DNA from: Gnetum montanum
Lineage: Eukaryota > Plantae > Gnetophyta
Assembly: GCA_015680685.1 (NCBI GenBank)
Contig: MNCI01001684.1
Span: forward strand, 124,001 to 188,000
Length of the DNA: 64,000 nucleotides
Direction of reading: 5' to 3'
Numbering within the stretch: the first letter of the stretch is position 1; each line of letters begins with the position of its first letter. Shown here in pieces: positions 49,900-64,000 of this stretch. The notes beneath the pieces were generated by a model, which had not been told where the DNA came from, did not search any database, and worked only from the letters and a program-made list of their open reading frames with translations. The position numbers and the translations under genes were made by a program.

Positions 49900-51470
49900 C
49901 CTTGAGATATTGGTAATAGATTTAATGGTGGGAAGATGAATAATTTTATATGTTGGAGACTTCTTATTGTAACTTTGCTATATCTTCCTTTGACATGGTT
50001 ATTATTATTATATGTGAATGCAGTTTTCACATTTATATGGATGTTTTTTTGTTGTGGATATTATGCTTATTGCAATTTCATTATTGATCTAGATGTCTAA
50101 TGAGGACTTTTATTTTGAACATATACAGTTGTTATCTTGATGAGGTTATATTTTATGAATATACATGAGTATTTTAAATGCTTGTCCTACATCAATATAC
50201 TTAAGCACTTATTTTTTGGGTTGACATAACATGAATTTAAATGGTTCAAAGATAGTAACTTGAGGATATAAAGGTTCTTTATGTTTTGGTGTTATCTCTG
50301 CTAGTTGTAGAAATCATTGCTTGCCAACTCCTAACCTATCATTCTTATTTGTGCTTATTGCAATAGAAAATTTATTGTCTTAACCTAGTAAGTTATATTT
50401 TATGTCTATTATTATTTTTGTGCTAATCGATTGTTCAAGTTTTGGACATCATCAAAAAGGGAAATATTGTTGACTTTTTTAATGTGTCAAAATCTTGAAA
50501 ATGGAGAATTTATCAATGGGTTTTATAAGACACTAGAAAGCCTAAGGAAGATACATTTGGAACTTCAAGGAAACCAAGTAGAAAGCAAGAATTAACAATT
50601 TAGAATGTTAGAGTTGAAGAGAAGATGCAAGAAATTAGAGAAGAACACAAGAATAGGAGATGTCCCAAGTTCAAAAGAAGATGTCTTGTAAACTATCAAT
50701 ATGTCTCATACTAATAGAAGACATCTCTACTGAGAAGTCTAGTCTTAGGCAAGACATCTCCTTAGAATAAGAGATGTATCACAATGAGAAAAGATGTCTT
50801 GTCCCAAGACAAGGCATATCCTCCAAGATGTCTTAGGCTTATATAAGATGTCTCCCTTGCAAGTTGAGAAAATCAATAAGACATCTTTAGTCATGAACAA
50901 GATATCTCATATAGATGTTTCTAGCCATTGTAGAGATTTCAATAAGAAAATGGAGGGGAAAAACCTATAAAGAGAGAACATACCCAAGAGGTAAATGTAA
51001 GTCTTGGACAAGCAATTGAGCAAGCATTGTGCATACCTTAGTGAATTCAAGATGCTCTATTCTCTATCTCTTGTTGTAATTTATATTAAGTTTCAAAGTA
51101 AGAAATATGAAGAGTTATTTCAATTCTTTCTTGATTTTATTTTTTCTTGTTAAAATCCTAGTGAGGTTGGATGTGCTTCTTGAAGAAAGGTAATTTTCTT
51201 TGTAATGCTTGATAGCTTATTAGAACCCTAACAGGTTGGATGTGTTTCTTGAGAGAAAAAATCCCTTATAGAGCTAGAAACCTTGCTTTGTAAAGGTTGT
51301 GGTACCCTTGAAATCATATTTTCAAAGGAAAAAAGGTCCAAATTGTGTAAGGATTCTACCCTTTGAGTGTGGATGTACCTAAGTTGGGAAACCACATAAA
51401 ATCATCTATACAAAAATTGGGTATTTTTGGCATGAACTTATTCATCCCCTTCTAATTTCTTGATCCTTAT

Positions 51471-54400
51471 TAATGTAGCAACCTTTATTTATAGGCATGT
51501 TACCAATAAATCTACAAATTCCAAATTACCAATTTTCATAAATTATTTGCCAACTAATAAACATTTAATTTCATAAACATATGATATTTGGAACTTAGAA
51601 CTTAAAAAAATTTAAGAAATTTAAAACTTATTTAATCACCAACAAATAATCAAAATATGGTTTAACAAGAAATTCACAGCTAAAGTTTATAAAGAAGGTA
51701 ACCTAGGCCTTAAGAGAGATACAACATCTAGTCAAACGAGTCCAGAAGCTAAGTTTTCTCCTATGTTGTTGATGAGTCATCATTGGTTGGTTGCATTGAT
51801 GATGCCTCATTGATGTAGTTGACTGCATTGATGAGGCCTCATTGATGATGCCTCATCGATGCATCTTGCACTACATCGATGAGGCCTTGTTGATGTAGTC
51901 TTTTTCCATCACCTATAAATACATGCCCACCAACCACATTTATAGCAATCTAGATTTTAGTAGCAGTGAAGCTCTTGCATTTTTTTCCATTCGAAAGTTA
52001 GAATTTTTTCCCCCTGAGCCTACAACAAGAGTCATTGAGTGTACGAATCTTTATTTGAGCATTGTTGTACCTAAGCATGACAATGTGTAGCAATAAAGAT
52101 GAGCTTTCTGATAAACCTTGTAGCACTTTGGATAGATTAGATATTTTATTTATGCATTTATTGTTTTCTAATATTTATTAAATTTATTAAATTAATTATT
52201 AATTATTTTCTAGTTACTATGTTAGATAAAGCAATTAAGCTAGATAGATTACACACATAAGTACGACCACTTCGAATGTAATACATATTTGATTAGTAAT
52301 CCTAATAGTGTTATTACTTAGTATGCCTAGTAGCATAGCGTTTGGTCATCCAGTAGTGGATACATGGGTTTAGGATGTGTATGGAAAGTGGGAACAGATA
52401 CTTATGTTAGGATTAGTTAAATAATTAGTTAATTAAGTTAATTTAGATTAGTTAATCAAATCCTTTTTTATCTACATTTCAAGCACTCGAATATAAAACA
52501 TAAAAATGATACAAATCAAATGCCTCAATTACACTTAAACCATACCAACGAATGTCACAAGTATAATTGAGAAGACAACGATTGAACTTAAGGCTAGATT
52601 CACTTCCTAAAGAGCTAGTGCACTAGAAATGATAAAGTCCATGAAATTTGACCAGATTGTGCATGAACACTTGTGATTCGTATGGTTGGGCATACGGGTA
52701 CCTCACCGCTCATCATTGGTGCCATTGCTAAGGACTTTGTTTGTGGAGTGTGCACTATTTAGGCCTAAGTGAATACCATTATATTGTTGTATGAACCTAA
52801 AGATCAATATCATTTCCACTATATATAAAAAAATTAGAAAAGCACACTAACAATTTTATTTTATTTTGCAAAATGTTTTCTTCTTCTTGCAAGATTGAAG
52901 ATACTAAACCACTAGTCTCATAAGAATGCAAGGCAGTATACACTCATCTAGATGAGTTGTATCGAATTTCACCTTCATCCTACATTAGGATGAATAGATG
53001 TGATGGCATGATATGGAGGGCAATGTGATCTTTTCCCCCAATAGATTTGTGCTTGGAATGCTATTTAAAACCCTTAAGAAGTTGGGCATAGTAGATCTTC
53101 ACAAAGAGTACATTATGGATGGATCCGACACTCGAAACTACTATCCCACTAAAACATAATGTAAACAAGATAAATGTCAGGAGAAACTAAATGAAGCTAC
53201 AAAGGATAAACATTACACTAACCCCTTGTTCCTACTAGATCAAGAGGACAATGAAGATCCTTCCTTGAAAGGTTCTCAACATGAAGATTCTCCACCCCCT
53301 GCTACTGATGGTGAGGGTGTGAACCTAACCCTACAATCAACTATTCATAAACCAAGGTTAGGAAAGAGTGATAGCCAAGGTAGGGACTTGGGCAAACATC
53401 ACAACAACAAGGGATTTAAGGATGGTGATCATAAAAAGCATAAGAGTGATGGCAGACACCATGGTGGTGGTGGTGGTGGTCCACCTTTCTCTTCATCCTC
53501 TTCATCCAATTTTGAACATTCCTCTTCATCTAATGGTTCTCATGGAATTTACCATTGAAACAACCATGATGAATGTGATTGATGAAATAACACTAACCAT
53601 GAAGACCACCAAAATTGAAGGGGTGGTTGAAACCATCATCGTTGTCATCAACGCAGTGATGATGATGACCCTTTATTGGCAACTCGAAGTATGCTCAACA
53701 TTGCAGAGGCCATGAAAATCCCAACAAGGCATATGGAGGATAGTCAGATCAAGCACCTATATATGAACAATATTCTAAGATTTGTGGGGGGATACAATTC
53801 TGATCCACAGACACATCTACAAGCTTTTCAAGATGCATGTGCCTTACAAAACATAGAGAATGAGTGGCAAAAACTCAAGCATTTTCCAAGGGCACTCATT
53901 AAGGAAGGGAAAAGCTACTACAAGTCCTTAGAGCTAGAATCTATTCATAGATAGAGTACCATGTTAGAATTATTCAATGATAAATACTAGATGTACTCCA
54001 GAGTGTCTAACCTGAGAAGGTGAATCCAAGGCTGGAAACAAAGGGCACATGAACCCTTGGATGCCACCATGGGCTGATACTCGTCACTCCTACACCAATG
54101 CCTTGGCCATGGTTACTCTTATAGAGAACAACATTGCCACATCATAGATGGGCTTAGAGTAGGAATAAGAAGAACCCTTGGGGTGTATGCCCAAGAAAGA
54201 TTGTCTAAAATAAGAGCTCATTAGATCCAAAGGTTAATTGATTAGGTAGCAAAAGAAGAAGGTAAGCTATGAAAGAGGGAAAGTGCTAAAGAATATAACA
54301 AGGATTCTTCCATTAGAAAATGAGAGGTCTAATTTTGTGACAAGGAGGAGTCCTCTCATTTCAGCTAAGGTTAACAAGTTATGGGACTCTTTGGATGAAA

Positions 54401-56254
54401 AGTTTCAAATCACTTTAAAGATTGCTGAAGAATCCAAAGAGAAAAATAGTGATTGTAATTGTAGGAGGAAAAAAGAAGCTAAACATGCCTACCAAAGAGG
54501 CAAAGGCAAAGTTGCTGTAGTAGAGGAAGTTGTGGATTCTAACTCTAATGATAAAACTGAATGTAACATCTATCAATATGAACATTCAAAGGGATGTGGC
54601 CTTGTGGTGTCACACTTACAAGAGTCTGGAGTGTATGCATTGAATCCTCACCCAGCACATAGGCAAGCTCCAAGATGATTGCCTTATCTTCAAGACAATC
54701 CAAAATAGTTCCACCAACAACAAGCTTACTAGCCAAGTGGAACACCTCCACAACCATGCAAATACTAGCAATAGTGGTATCAACCACAATTATGAGGAAT
54801 GCCACCGCTAAGGTAGCAATACCCTTATAGACAACCATATCCATATAGGTACTATGTTCGGTAGCCCTTCTCCCCTAGAAGTTCTATGAGTCATGCATCA
54901 TTCTAGCATCACTATTACCCTCTAGAGTACCACCAAACGCATTCATCATCTACTTGAGTGGAAAATCCATATCCATATCCTTATCTATATCCTTATCATC
55001 CTCTACATCCCTTTGCACTTACACCTTCACCTTCAACTCAATTGCCTCCTACTCCATCCATGTAGGTTGAGATTCCTCTAGAGCCACAACAACGAAATGC
55101 TACAAGGGCTATGCATTCATAATCGATTTTTCAACCAAGTGGTTTGGATAATTGATTAAGGAAGCAACCTTTCTTTTGGTCCAATAGTCCTCTCCAGCCC
55201 TCACAACCTACTTTAGTTGATTGTCCTACATCTCCATCACCCTTATCCTCTGTATCAAATACCTTCAAGTGCCCTTCAAACCAAGTGCCACCTAGGATTT
55301 GCATTGTAATGTTAACCCACGCTATTTCTAATTGGATTAAGGTTGGAAACCTTCCTACAACAAGATCTGATCTAGGATGATTATTGGATAAGAGCCATGC
55401 AGAGCTCTTCTTAACTTTGGTTTTGGAGTTAACCTCATCTCCCATGATATGTACAAGGCTTGGAACCTACCACCTCTTAAGAAGAGCAACAACCATTTAG
55501 AATTAGTTGATGAATTGATTACTATCCCTTTGGGATTAGTGGAGGACATTGTGACCATAGTTTATGGGTGGTCCCATCCTACTAATTTTTGGTAATCAAT
55601 ATGGAAAATTACAAAAGTGACTTTTCCATCATTATGGAAAGGGCTTGGTTAAGCACGGTCGATGCATGAATGGGTATAAGGGACCTATCTCTTAAAATAT
55701 CCAAGGAAAATGAGCTAGGTGAAATTGAGAAGAAGAATATTCCATGCATCATGTATATCAATAATAGGTGCAATTGCATGCAAAGGATTTGGTCAATCAA
55801 GAGTACATACATTAAGGCATGCAACTAGTGTGCACAAGAACAAGAAATTAGTATTCAATGGTGTCTGTACACAACAACCACAAAGCAGGAGGGCACTCAG
55901 TGGCTAATAGCTGATTTTGATAGTAGTACAATATGCATGAAGCCAGCTGAGAGCTTAACATGTGCATATGTTAAAGGCATGGATAAAATTGAACAAGTTT
56001 ATTCCCAACTCTCTAATGAAGATGATGATACCTATGGGGGAGAGTTGGAGATCCCTAATCACTTTAAGCAGGAGCCCTTAGAACTAAAAACTTTACTAGT
56101 TGGTATGGAGTATGCATTTTTTAAAAATGGTAAATCAGTCATCATTAATGAAAAACTTGCTCTTGAATAAAAAGAAAAGTTATTGAAGATGCTAAATAAA
56201 TGGTCAATAGCCTTTACTTGGTCATATCTAGAACTAACAGGAATTGATCTAAGG
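51471..56254 (+). mobile_element. Athila-like Ty3/gypsy element: 5' LTR 51471-52715, PBS, decayed gag and protease, interrupted at the start of RT
   Basis: LTR ends CTCATCA, followed by PBS TGGTGCCATTGCTAAGGA (52717-52734; decayed tRNA-Asp type TGGCGCCGTTGCCGGGGA). Gag RFVGGYNSDPQTHLQAFQDAC...KLKHFPRALIKEGKSYY. Protease RALLNFGFGVNLIS...IIMERAWL. AFTWSYLELTGID just before the insertion at 56255. Confidence 0.85.
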
Positions 56255-59200
56255 TGAAACACCACCAAATTTGGGCAACAACACTGCAACAAAAAATTTG
56301 TTGAAGTGTCAACTCAAGGCAAAATTATTTAAGTGTTTGGCCCATGATCCCACTGGTGGGGATACACTCTAGAGCGTAGCTAGTGTAGCAAGCAATATAA
56401 CTAGATTTTCAAAATTTTCTATGTTTGAAATAACAACTACACAAATTTTCTAAGTGTCTTGCTATGCTCACATTCCTCTTGCTACATTCTCTAGTGTAGC
56501 AAGCATAGCAGCACTGTGGTGGTCAGTCTACATTAGTGTCAAGCCAAAAGTTGCCAAGCTAGCTTAGTATAGAAGAAACATTTGGCAGATCTAACTCTTG
56601 AAGCTATCCTTCTTGATACACTCTCAAGCATAGCTAGTGTAGCAAGAATAAGGACTGCAATTTTTGCCAAATTTTTCTAAGTGTCCATGCTATGCTCTGT
56701 CCTATCTTGCTATGCTCTTTAGCGTAGCAGCATTGGACTTTATTTTTTTACAAGAATTTCCCAATTATTGTGCTACACTCCATAGTGTAGATAGTGTAGC
56801 AATAAGAAACTACCTTCAAAAGCTTCTAGAGCTTAGCACAGGCCTTCATCCTAGCTCTAGCACTCCTCTGGCAAGTAGGATCATCAACTTACACTCTTTT
56901 TGTACCTCCCCCTCTATGTTCCAAAATTTTACCTATGCTTGATCCCACTCGAAAGAGGGGAGAATGTATTCCCATAGTGTAGCCTCCAAATTACACTATT
57001 TTGTACTATTTACAGGTACATTATGATCTTGGTACATGTAATCTTAGTGGTGTAGCTAGTCTAGCAATATCTTGGGGTCTAGTGGAGCATATCAAAGCAT
57101 AGCACTAGTTGTTCCACTAGGAGTGTAGCAAGGGTTAGCATAGCCCCACCTACCCCTTTGCCACATAGCACTCAATCCACACTTTGTGCTAATCCCAAGC
57201 CTATAAATAGCCCTACATTTCACACTTTAGGGATTGGTAGTTCATTCTAGTGGTGGGCATTTGAGACATTTGGTTGGAAAATCCAAGTGATAGTTAGCAT
57301 CTCATAGCACCGTTTGGAACCTAAAGAACCTTGAGAACCTCCTACACTAGAGTGTATCAGCACCTTGGTAACACCTTTACATCCCACTTAGCATTATAGC
57401 GCACCACAAGCTTGTAGGACCTCACAACAGCTAATCTACTAGGCATAGACCTTGTAGTAGATGTTAGTCTTCATCCTAGGACACCTCAAAGACTCTAAAT
57501 ACGTTGCTACTATGCCTGTCTATGCCACCCTGTACCTTTGCAAAGTGCATTTGTAATTGCTACACTTCCCATCCGGGGTGATATCATCCTTTCTTTCTTC
57601 CAAAATCCTTTGCACTTTAATCATTTTCTTTGATATTCTGCACTACATTCTCACTTTCTTATTATTTTACATGCTTTTACACACTTGCACCATTGTTCTT
57701 GTGCTACTAGACCTTGCTAAACTCAAGCCTAGTTAGCCTTGGTACTACCAAGAACACCATCATTTCTCAAATTTTTGGCTAACCATGCCACCATCCAGTT
57801 GCACCTAATATCTTGGTTGTAGTTAGAGAAGTCCCTATTCGATTGACAAGATCATCTAGGGCACATAACCTCCATTTCCTAGCAAAGGCCCTTGTGCAGA
57901 GGTGGGGTTGAGGTTGTGCAACTGTGAACCCCTTAGCATTCCAGTCGTTGATGTTTTCAGTTGCTACAGTTTTTTGGCACTAGAAGGAGAACCTCATCAT
58001 TTCCTTCTGCATTAAGTGGTAGTATCATGTGCTTTCTAAACCTCTATTACTAGCTTTGAACTAGTGTAAACATGACACCCTTGTGGTTGTCTACAATCTG
58101 ATTAGTGTAGATTGGTCCTAGTTGTCAGTTCACTTGGAACCCTTTAGGACAGAAGCCAAAGTGAATCCCCCACACTTGGGCCCTAAACTCTATGTGCTAG
58201 AAAGAGTGTAGCTTTCCCTTGGCATAGGAGCATAGTAAGCATAGCACAAAATTTAGACACTTTTTATAGTAGCATTCTCATACTTGGTTATCATTTCAAC
58301 ACTTCTATACTTGAATATTTTTAGCACTCATTATACTTAACCATTTCTTTTCCAATGTTGCAAATTTTGCATCTTCCCATAGTAGCATGAATTCTAAAGA
58401 GCCTTCAACCTCTACCTCAGGCACATTCATTGTTTGACCTATCCAGCAAGAATTCATAATCAACATTCCTAGAGTTGTAGGGCCCATCTTCGTGGGAAGG
58501 CAATCCCTTAGGCTTCGTAACTAATCTCCCAAGCACATGGTGCTCAACAAAGATAAATACAACTTTCTTTATGTGAAGCTCTAGGTAGGCATTCCCTTAT
58601 ATTGCCAAGATTTAGAGGCAAAGCAAGGTTATGAGCTCATACATTGGAATGGGAGGGAGTACTTCCCAACCCTTAATGATCTAATCCCCCTCACCAAGAC
58701 CTTTTGATGGATGCTTGACCAACTCATTTGACTGAGTGGGTCAAATGAGCATGATGCAACAATCGACTATGAGGAACCCCTATAGGATGGACAAGAGGAA
58801 TTTGAGGCTCACTAAGAAAACAAGAATTCCTTTTATGTCTCTTTCCTATCGCCCACCTCTAATGTCACTCCTTTACAACCTTATTCATTTCCCTTCTTTG
58901 AGGTAGCAACATCTCCCTTGTCACCACCTACACTGACACCCATTGTGGCAAGCCATTAAGTGCATACACATTAGGATGCAAGATAATCTATTATCCCATC
59001 CTTTGTGGTCTCAGTATAGTTGGTGCAATCCTCTATACTAGCATCCATGATGTCAACTCAACCCTACATGCACATAGTGCCAACATCCCAACCCCACGTA
59101 GGACAGGTGTTGTATGTCCCACCTATCTCTATGATGCCCCCTATGATAGCCCAAGCCACAATCATGTCATGGGGCCTTACTTTTGTGCCCTGGGAACAAC

Positions 59201-62200
59201 ACACATAGTAGTAGCATATGCAACAACCTTTATAGTATTATGCTCAATAGGCATCCTACATGGTTACATAGCCTACTGCAGGGTCATGGACCATGCTAAT
59301 AGCACAATAGGTTGCACAACCAATGCAATTGACCGCATCCACACTAAGCCTAGATCAAGCATTCCAACTCATTCAAGCACTCATTGAAGAGGTCAAATGG
59401 CTTCAGGCCACCTCTTCTAATATGGTCCAAGTGATGGACTTCTACTAGGATGACCCCATTAGTCCCATTGTCCCATCGTTGACCTTACCTCTTAGTGTTC
59501 AACTTCCCTAGTTCACCAAATATGATGGTAAAGGGGACCCCCATGCCCATCTAGTGACCTTCTAGTCCAAATGGCTTTTTCTGCAAGCATGGTTACATAT
59601 GATCATTTATGTGTTTTCCATGTCCCTAACTAGCAAGGTACTAGACTAGTACCATGAAATCCCCAAGGCCTCCATATCTTCATTAGAGAATTTGCTTAGC
59701 CAATTTGTTACTTTCTTCAAGTATGACTTGAAGCCTAAGGTGATGCTAGACCAACTCATGCAAATCAAGCAGGGCCACTTAGAGCTCATTTAGAAGTTCA
59801 TCCAAAAATGGAGCACTACACTTAATGAAATTCATGAGCATATTGCGGAAACTCACTTAATGACCATTTTTAAAGGTGCAGTAAATGACTTCATTAAGTT
59901 GAAACTATACTATCTTGCCCTGCACTCCCTAAGCCAATAATTTGCTCAAACTAAGAGCATTCAGGATGTGGTAGAAGCCAGTAAGGATTCAACCTATGTG
60001 GCCTACAAGAACACACATGTGAAGAAGGAGAAGGAGAAGAGCAAGGCAACAACAACTATTGCAATGATGGCCAATGAAGTCAAACTAAGCAATGTCAAAC
60101 CAATGGCCAAGGCAACCAAGGTCCCAATCAACAACAAGGCAATCGACTCTAGCACTACGGTGACCAACCAACCTGCATCATCGATGACCATAAGGCAAGC
60201 TACCCCAAGGCTAAACTTTGAGCGCAAGGATCACTCAAAGTATACATCATTACCCATAAAACCATTGAAATTGTTGGGTTAGTTGCATAGTGTTGGGTAC
60301 ATCTAATACAAGAAAATATCTGAAGATTCTTGTAAGCATCATGATCATTATTGTGAGCTCCTTAAAAACCCATCAATAGCTATACTAGATGAGCCTTTTG
60401 TCCCAAAACACTTTAGGTTGGACCATTTTTGCCATTATCATCAATTTCTTGGCCATGACATGGACTTCTGCATGGCCTTAAGGGATGACATACAATGCAT
60501 GATTGACTAAGGCCAATTGGTTCTTGATTCAACCAACCTAGTTTGATTGGAAAATCTATCAATGAAGGTCTACAAAGACCCTTTCAACACAAGTGGTGTA
60601 GGCTATGTCATCAATGCCATCAGCATTGATGATGACATAAGATCAACATGAGAGGCATTTGTGGTTCGTGTGCCCTCTAACAACATTAGGGTCTCTTCAG
60701 CATCAAACAGTCCAAGGATCCCTTTTGCCATCAAATCACCACCTTGGGCACCCATGACACCCTTTGTGGTTAGGGCCCCATAGTACGTTGTGGCAGTTGC
60801 AACTCAGACACCCTTTGTCGTTAGGGTGCCACAACATGAAAATCCTTCACTGGGTCCAATGGTGGGCACTGAAATAGGCCCTACTCACCTAAGGCCTCAT
60901 CCCACATACAACACTAAGTAGTCAAGGTGGTAGTCCAAGAGGCCAAATGAGCACCTCATGAACCAAATGATGAGGGAACGCTTGGCATTAGGCCCACCTA
61001 AGCCCATCCCCTTGTTTGCTATTACTATGGCCACATCAACTGAAGCCATTACTATAAGTAATCAACAACCACAAGCCAAACAAAACAAGCCCAAATCTCC
61101 TCCCCAAGAGATCCTTCTTTTGGGCTGCATGGAGGAGATAAAGGCCAATAAGGCAACTGATAGCAGTCAAGACTTTCTAGATGCATTGACATAAGTAAAG
61201 TAAGCTCTTAAACAAAAAATACAACCTTGAGCTTGTACAACTTGGTGATGACCTCCTTTACTCATCACAAAGTAATAGTTCATATGTTGTCCTTCATTCC
61301 TATCAAGGAGGACATCTCGATGGATGAACAAGCCATCCATGTTGTGATGATTCCTCCTTCACCTCAAGAATTAGGTCGAATGCCTCTAGTGTTTCGTGAT
61401 GAGGCAATCAAGGTAGATCCTGAAAAGGGTAAGGTCATTAGTGTGCCGATGTTTATAACTATCCACATAGGATAATGAAAGATTTGTAGAATGCACATCG
61501 ATGATGGGGAAGTGACTAACATGATCCCATTTCCAATCATTGACAAATTCAGTCTAGTCAACTAGATCCAAGCCACAAAGACAACATGCCTCAAGTCCTT
61601 TAATGGGTCACACATTTTCATGAAAGGAATAGTTACAATAGCATTTTTGGCAGTGGAGTAGTTCCCCACCATGGTTGAATTCATTGTCATTGAGAAGATG
61701 CTTAGGTTAAACATAATTTTGGAGAGGCCTTGGTTAGCCTAATTGCGGGTCGTCTCCTCACCCATTCATCAGGAGGTCCACCTTCCGTACAAAGGTGGGG
61801 AAGTGATCATACATGGTGAAAAATTGGTCCCTCCAACCAAAAATGTTGATGCAGTAAGAGGTAGAGTTCCCTGATGATATGTTGCTCGTGGAGGAAAAAA
61901 GTCAGCCTTGTTTAGTAGACCCACTTGAAGAGCCAAAAGAGGTTGATACCCTCCTCGAGGAAGCTTTATGGGCAGAATTACCCTTTAGCATCAATGACAA
62001 AGGTATAGGTGAATAATACCTTGTACTACCTAGGCCATATCCACCCCCTAACCTACATTAGATTAGGAAGAAACTACATGCCTAAGGTATTCCCGTAGCA
62101 CAACATGTGTTAAGTGTTTGCTTGCCCTCAATTTTTTGCATGCTTCGTTAGCCCCATTAGCCTTTTGCTTGCATAGTTACACTTTGCATGGTTGCTTGCA

Positions 62201-64000
62201 TTTTAAATTATTTACTTTGTTACACATTTACCTCTTTTGCTTATGCATTTTCATTTAGTCCTTTATGCATTAACAAAACATTAAAAACACATAAAAACTT
62301 TTAAAACTAAAATTGTAAAAAAGAAAAGAAAAGAAAAGGCACATGGCCCAAATAGGCCTTAAAGTAATCCATGACTTAAAAAGGCCTTAAACTAACATGT
62401 GGCCCAAAAAGGCCTTAAAATAATGCATGGCCCAAAAGGTCTTAAACTAATGTGCAGCCCGTAAAGAGGTTAAACTATTGCATGGCCTGCCATGGCCTAA
62501 AACTGGCAACATCTTTCTTCCACTACATGGCCTGCCATGGCCCAAAAATGGCACCTCACTACCCTCCATGACCCAAAACTAGCAACTATTTCCTTTTATT
62601 TATAGCTTGAAATGGCCTTAAACTAGTAATTTCCATGGTCCAAAATGACCTTAAATTAGCAATGGCCTTTCTACCATGGCCTTAAACTAGCATAGGGCCC
62701 ACAAGGGGCCTAATCACATCAACTATTGCATTATTTGCATTAAATAGTTAGCAAAATAACATGAATTTTCACACATAATTCTCATCACAAAGAAACATAA
62801 ATTTTATTATATCTCTATCAGCAAGAGTACATAGCATGACCATGCAACAAAAATGGTCAAAGTGCAAAATTGCCTAATAGTAGGGCTACATTAGGTAAAC
62901 TCAGCTAGTGGTGTTTGGTGGGTGTTGAGGTTCCTTCTCCTCCTCCTCTACTACTCTACTAGGGCCTGTGCTATCACTTGGTGCATGTCTCAAAATAATG
63001 CAAAATAAAAAAATTAATTAGCAAGTGCAAAACTACAATACAAGATTAACATGAAAAGCTAACACATAAAAGAGCATAAAAAAAAAGCAAAATTAACCAA
63101 AGAGGATCCTGCATTAGACTTTGAAGGAAATCTATCAAGGCCCTTCTCCAAGTATTAAAGGAACTTGATCTCTGATAACTACATCTAGTCCTTGCGGCTA
63201 AAGTCAACATCCACAAGGATCTTATCCTCATCCACAGTGGTCTATGCAGGAGGTTGCATAGAAAAGGTGGTTGTAGAAGTATACCTTGAGGATAGGGTAA
63301 TCTCTTGCTTTGGGAAACCACTAACCATTGTATGCTAGCTGAAAAAATCGAAGGCCTGACTCCTACCAATTAACTCAATAAACATCTCAAGGTGATGAGC
63401 CTTCATGGACTCATCCTTGAGTAGCTGTAAGTAGGCGGCCTACTCTTGCTTATAGTGGAACATGTGGTCCTTCTGTGTATGCCCCCATTTTCATACCTTG
63501 GTGCTGAAGCTCTTCCACTCTTCATTCTTTCAAGAGAGTATATCCATTTGTAACCTTTGCTCAATGATTTCTTAGGTAGCCTCATTCTTACCACTGATTG
63601 TCGACCAGTACCTAGCGTAATCTATCTTTGATGTTTTCCAAGCACTATCTTACTATACTTGAGCTAATAAGAAATGATAACAAGACTAGAGGTCCTCGTT
63701 CTTTGTGGTTAGGGTTTCCACTACGTCTTGGAGCTTGTGCATGCATTTCCATAGATGCTCATTCAAGCATCTACAGGTCCACAACACCTTCACACTGGAA
63801 AGTGCACATTTGTTCACCACCTCATACACATGACGAGATAACTACTCCACTGAGGGGATACTCAAGAATGACATCCATGTGAGCTACCCGATTTGAATCC
63901 CAATGAAGCTTAGAGCTTATTAGCATACAATGACCAAACCAATATTAGCAACAAACTAAGCCAGAGAATTAGCAAAATAGTTTAAGAAAAATGACATGCA
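56255..64000 (+). mobile_element. Tat-like Ty3/gypsy element (5' LTR 56255-57968), gag + protease, no RT/RH/INT seen; runs off the window
   Basis: TGAAACACC...GCTACA LTR and PBS TGGCACTAGAAGGAG (57975-57989). Gag FTKYDGKGDPHAHL and FCHYHQFLGHDMDFCMALRDDIQ. Protease CRMHIDDGEVTNMIP...NIILERPWL (~61480-61740). Confidence 0.85.
62340..62710. repeat. Degenerate tandem array of (CA)TGGCC...GGCCTTAAA units in the Tat-like element
   Basis: About 28-bp period at the start (CATGGCCCAAATAGGCCTTAAAGTAATC / CATGGCCCAAAAGGTCTTAAACTAATG), decaying rightwards. Confidence 0.75.

Larger units (their letters stand above)
44470..51469 (+). mobile_element. Sirevirus-like Ty1/copia element #2, pol-less (5' LTR 44470-~45454; 3' LTR 50468-51469)
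   Basis: Paired ~1-kb LTRs, PBS TGGTATCGAAGC (45457-45468), PPT AAAAGGGAAATAT before TGTTGA. Gag MEGSSYSKPPIF*GINFVY with knuckles ECWVHGGKGHVASKC and CYYCGKFGH. Confidence 0.88.

Noticed and set aside
53226-53558. Gly/Ser/His-rich ORF resembling a host stress protein
   Set aside because: It lies between the PBS and the gag core of the Athila-like element and is a low-complexity gag N-terminus.

Overview
Eukaryotic plant nuclear DNA, AT-rich and strongly CpG/CHG-depleted, consistent with a large methylated genome (fern-like is my inference only). The first ~12.6 kb is a gene island with two intact + strand genes. One is a DNE1/MARF1-like NYN + 2x OST-HTH(LOTUS) endoribonuclease (CDS 2966-4552). 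The other is a 4-exon C2-type phospholipase D alpha-like gene (9196-12393, 811 aa, both HKD motifs intact). Between them lies a ~520-bp tandem duplication whose two copies were hit at almost the same site by a Mutator-type MITE and a solo LTR. The rest (~13-64 kb) is a nested graveyard of decayed retroelements, most delimited by TSD, PBS and PPT signals: an L1 relic carrying an Athila-type solo LTR and a short RTE-derived insert, minus- and plus-strand Athila-like elements, two copies of a pol-less Sirevirus-like family, and two pol-deficient Tat-like elements. The most notable candidate novelty is the pol-less Sirevirus-like family: gag plus a second ORF preceded by its own internal copy of the LTR palindrome array and a TATA box. 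Also notable are the family-specific CpG palindrome arrays in three unrelated LTRs and a possible bipartite RTE element. No prokaryotic-type system, RNA gene or CRISPR array is supported.
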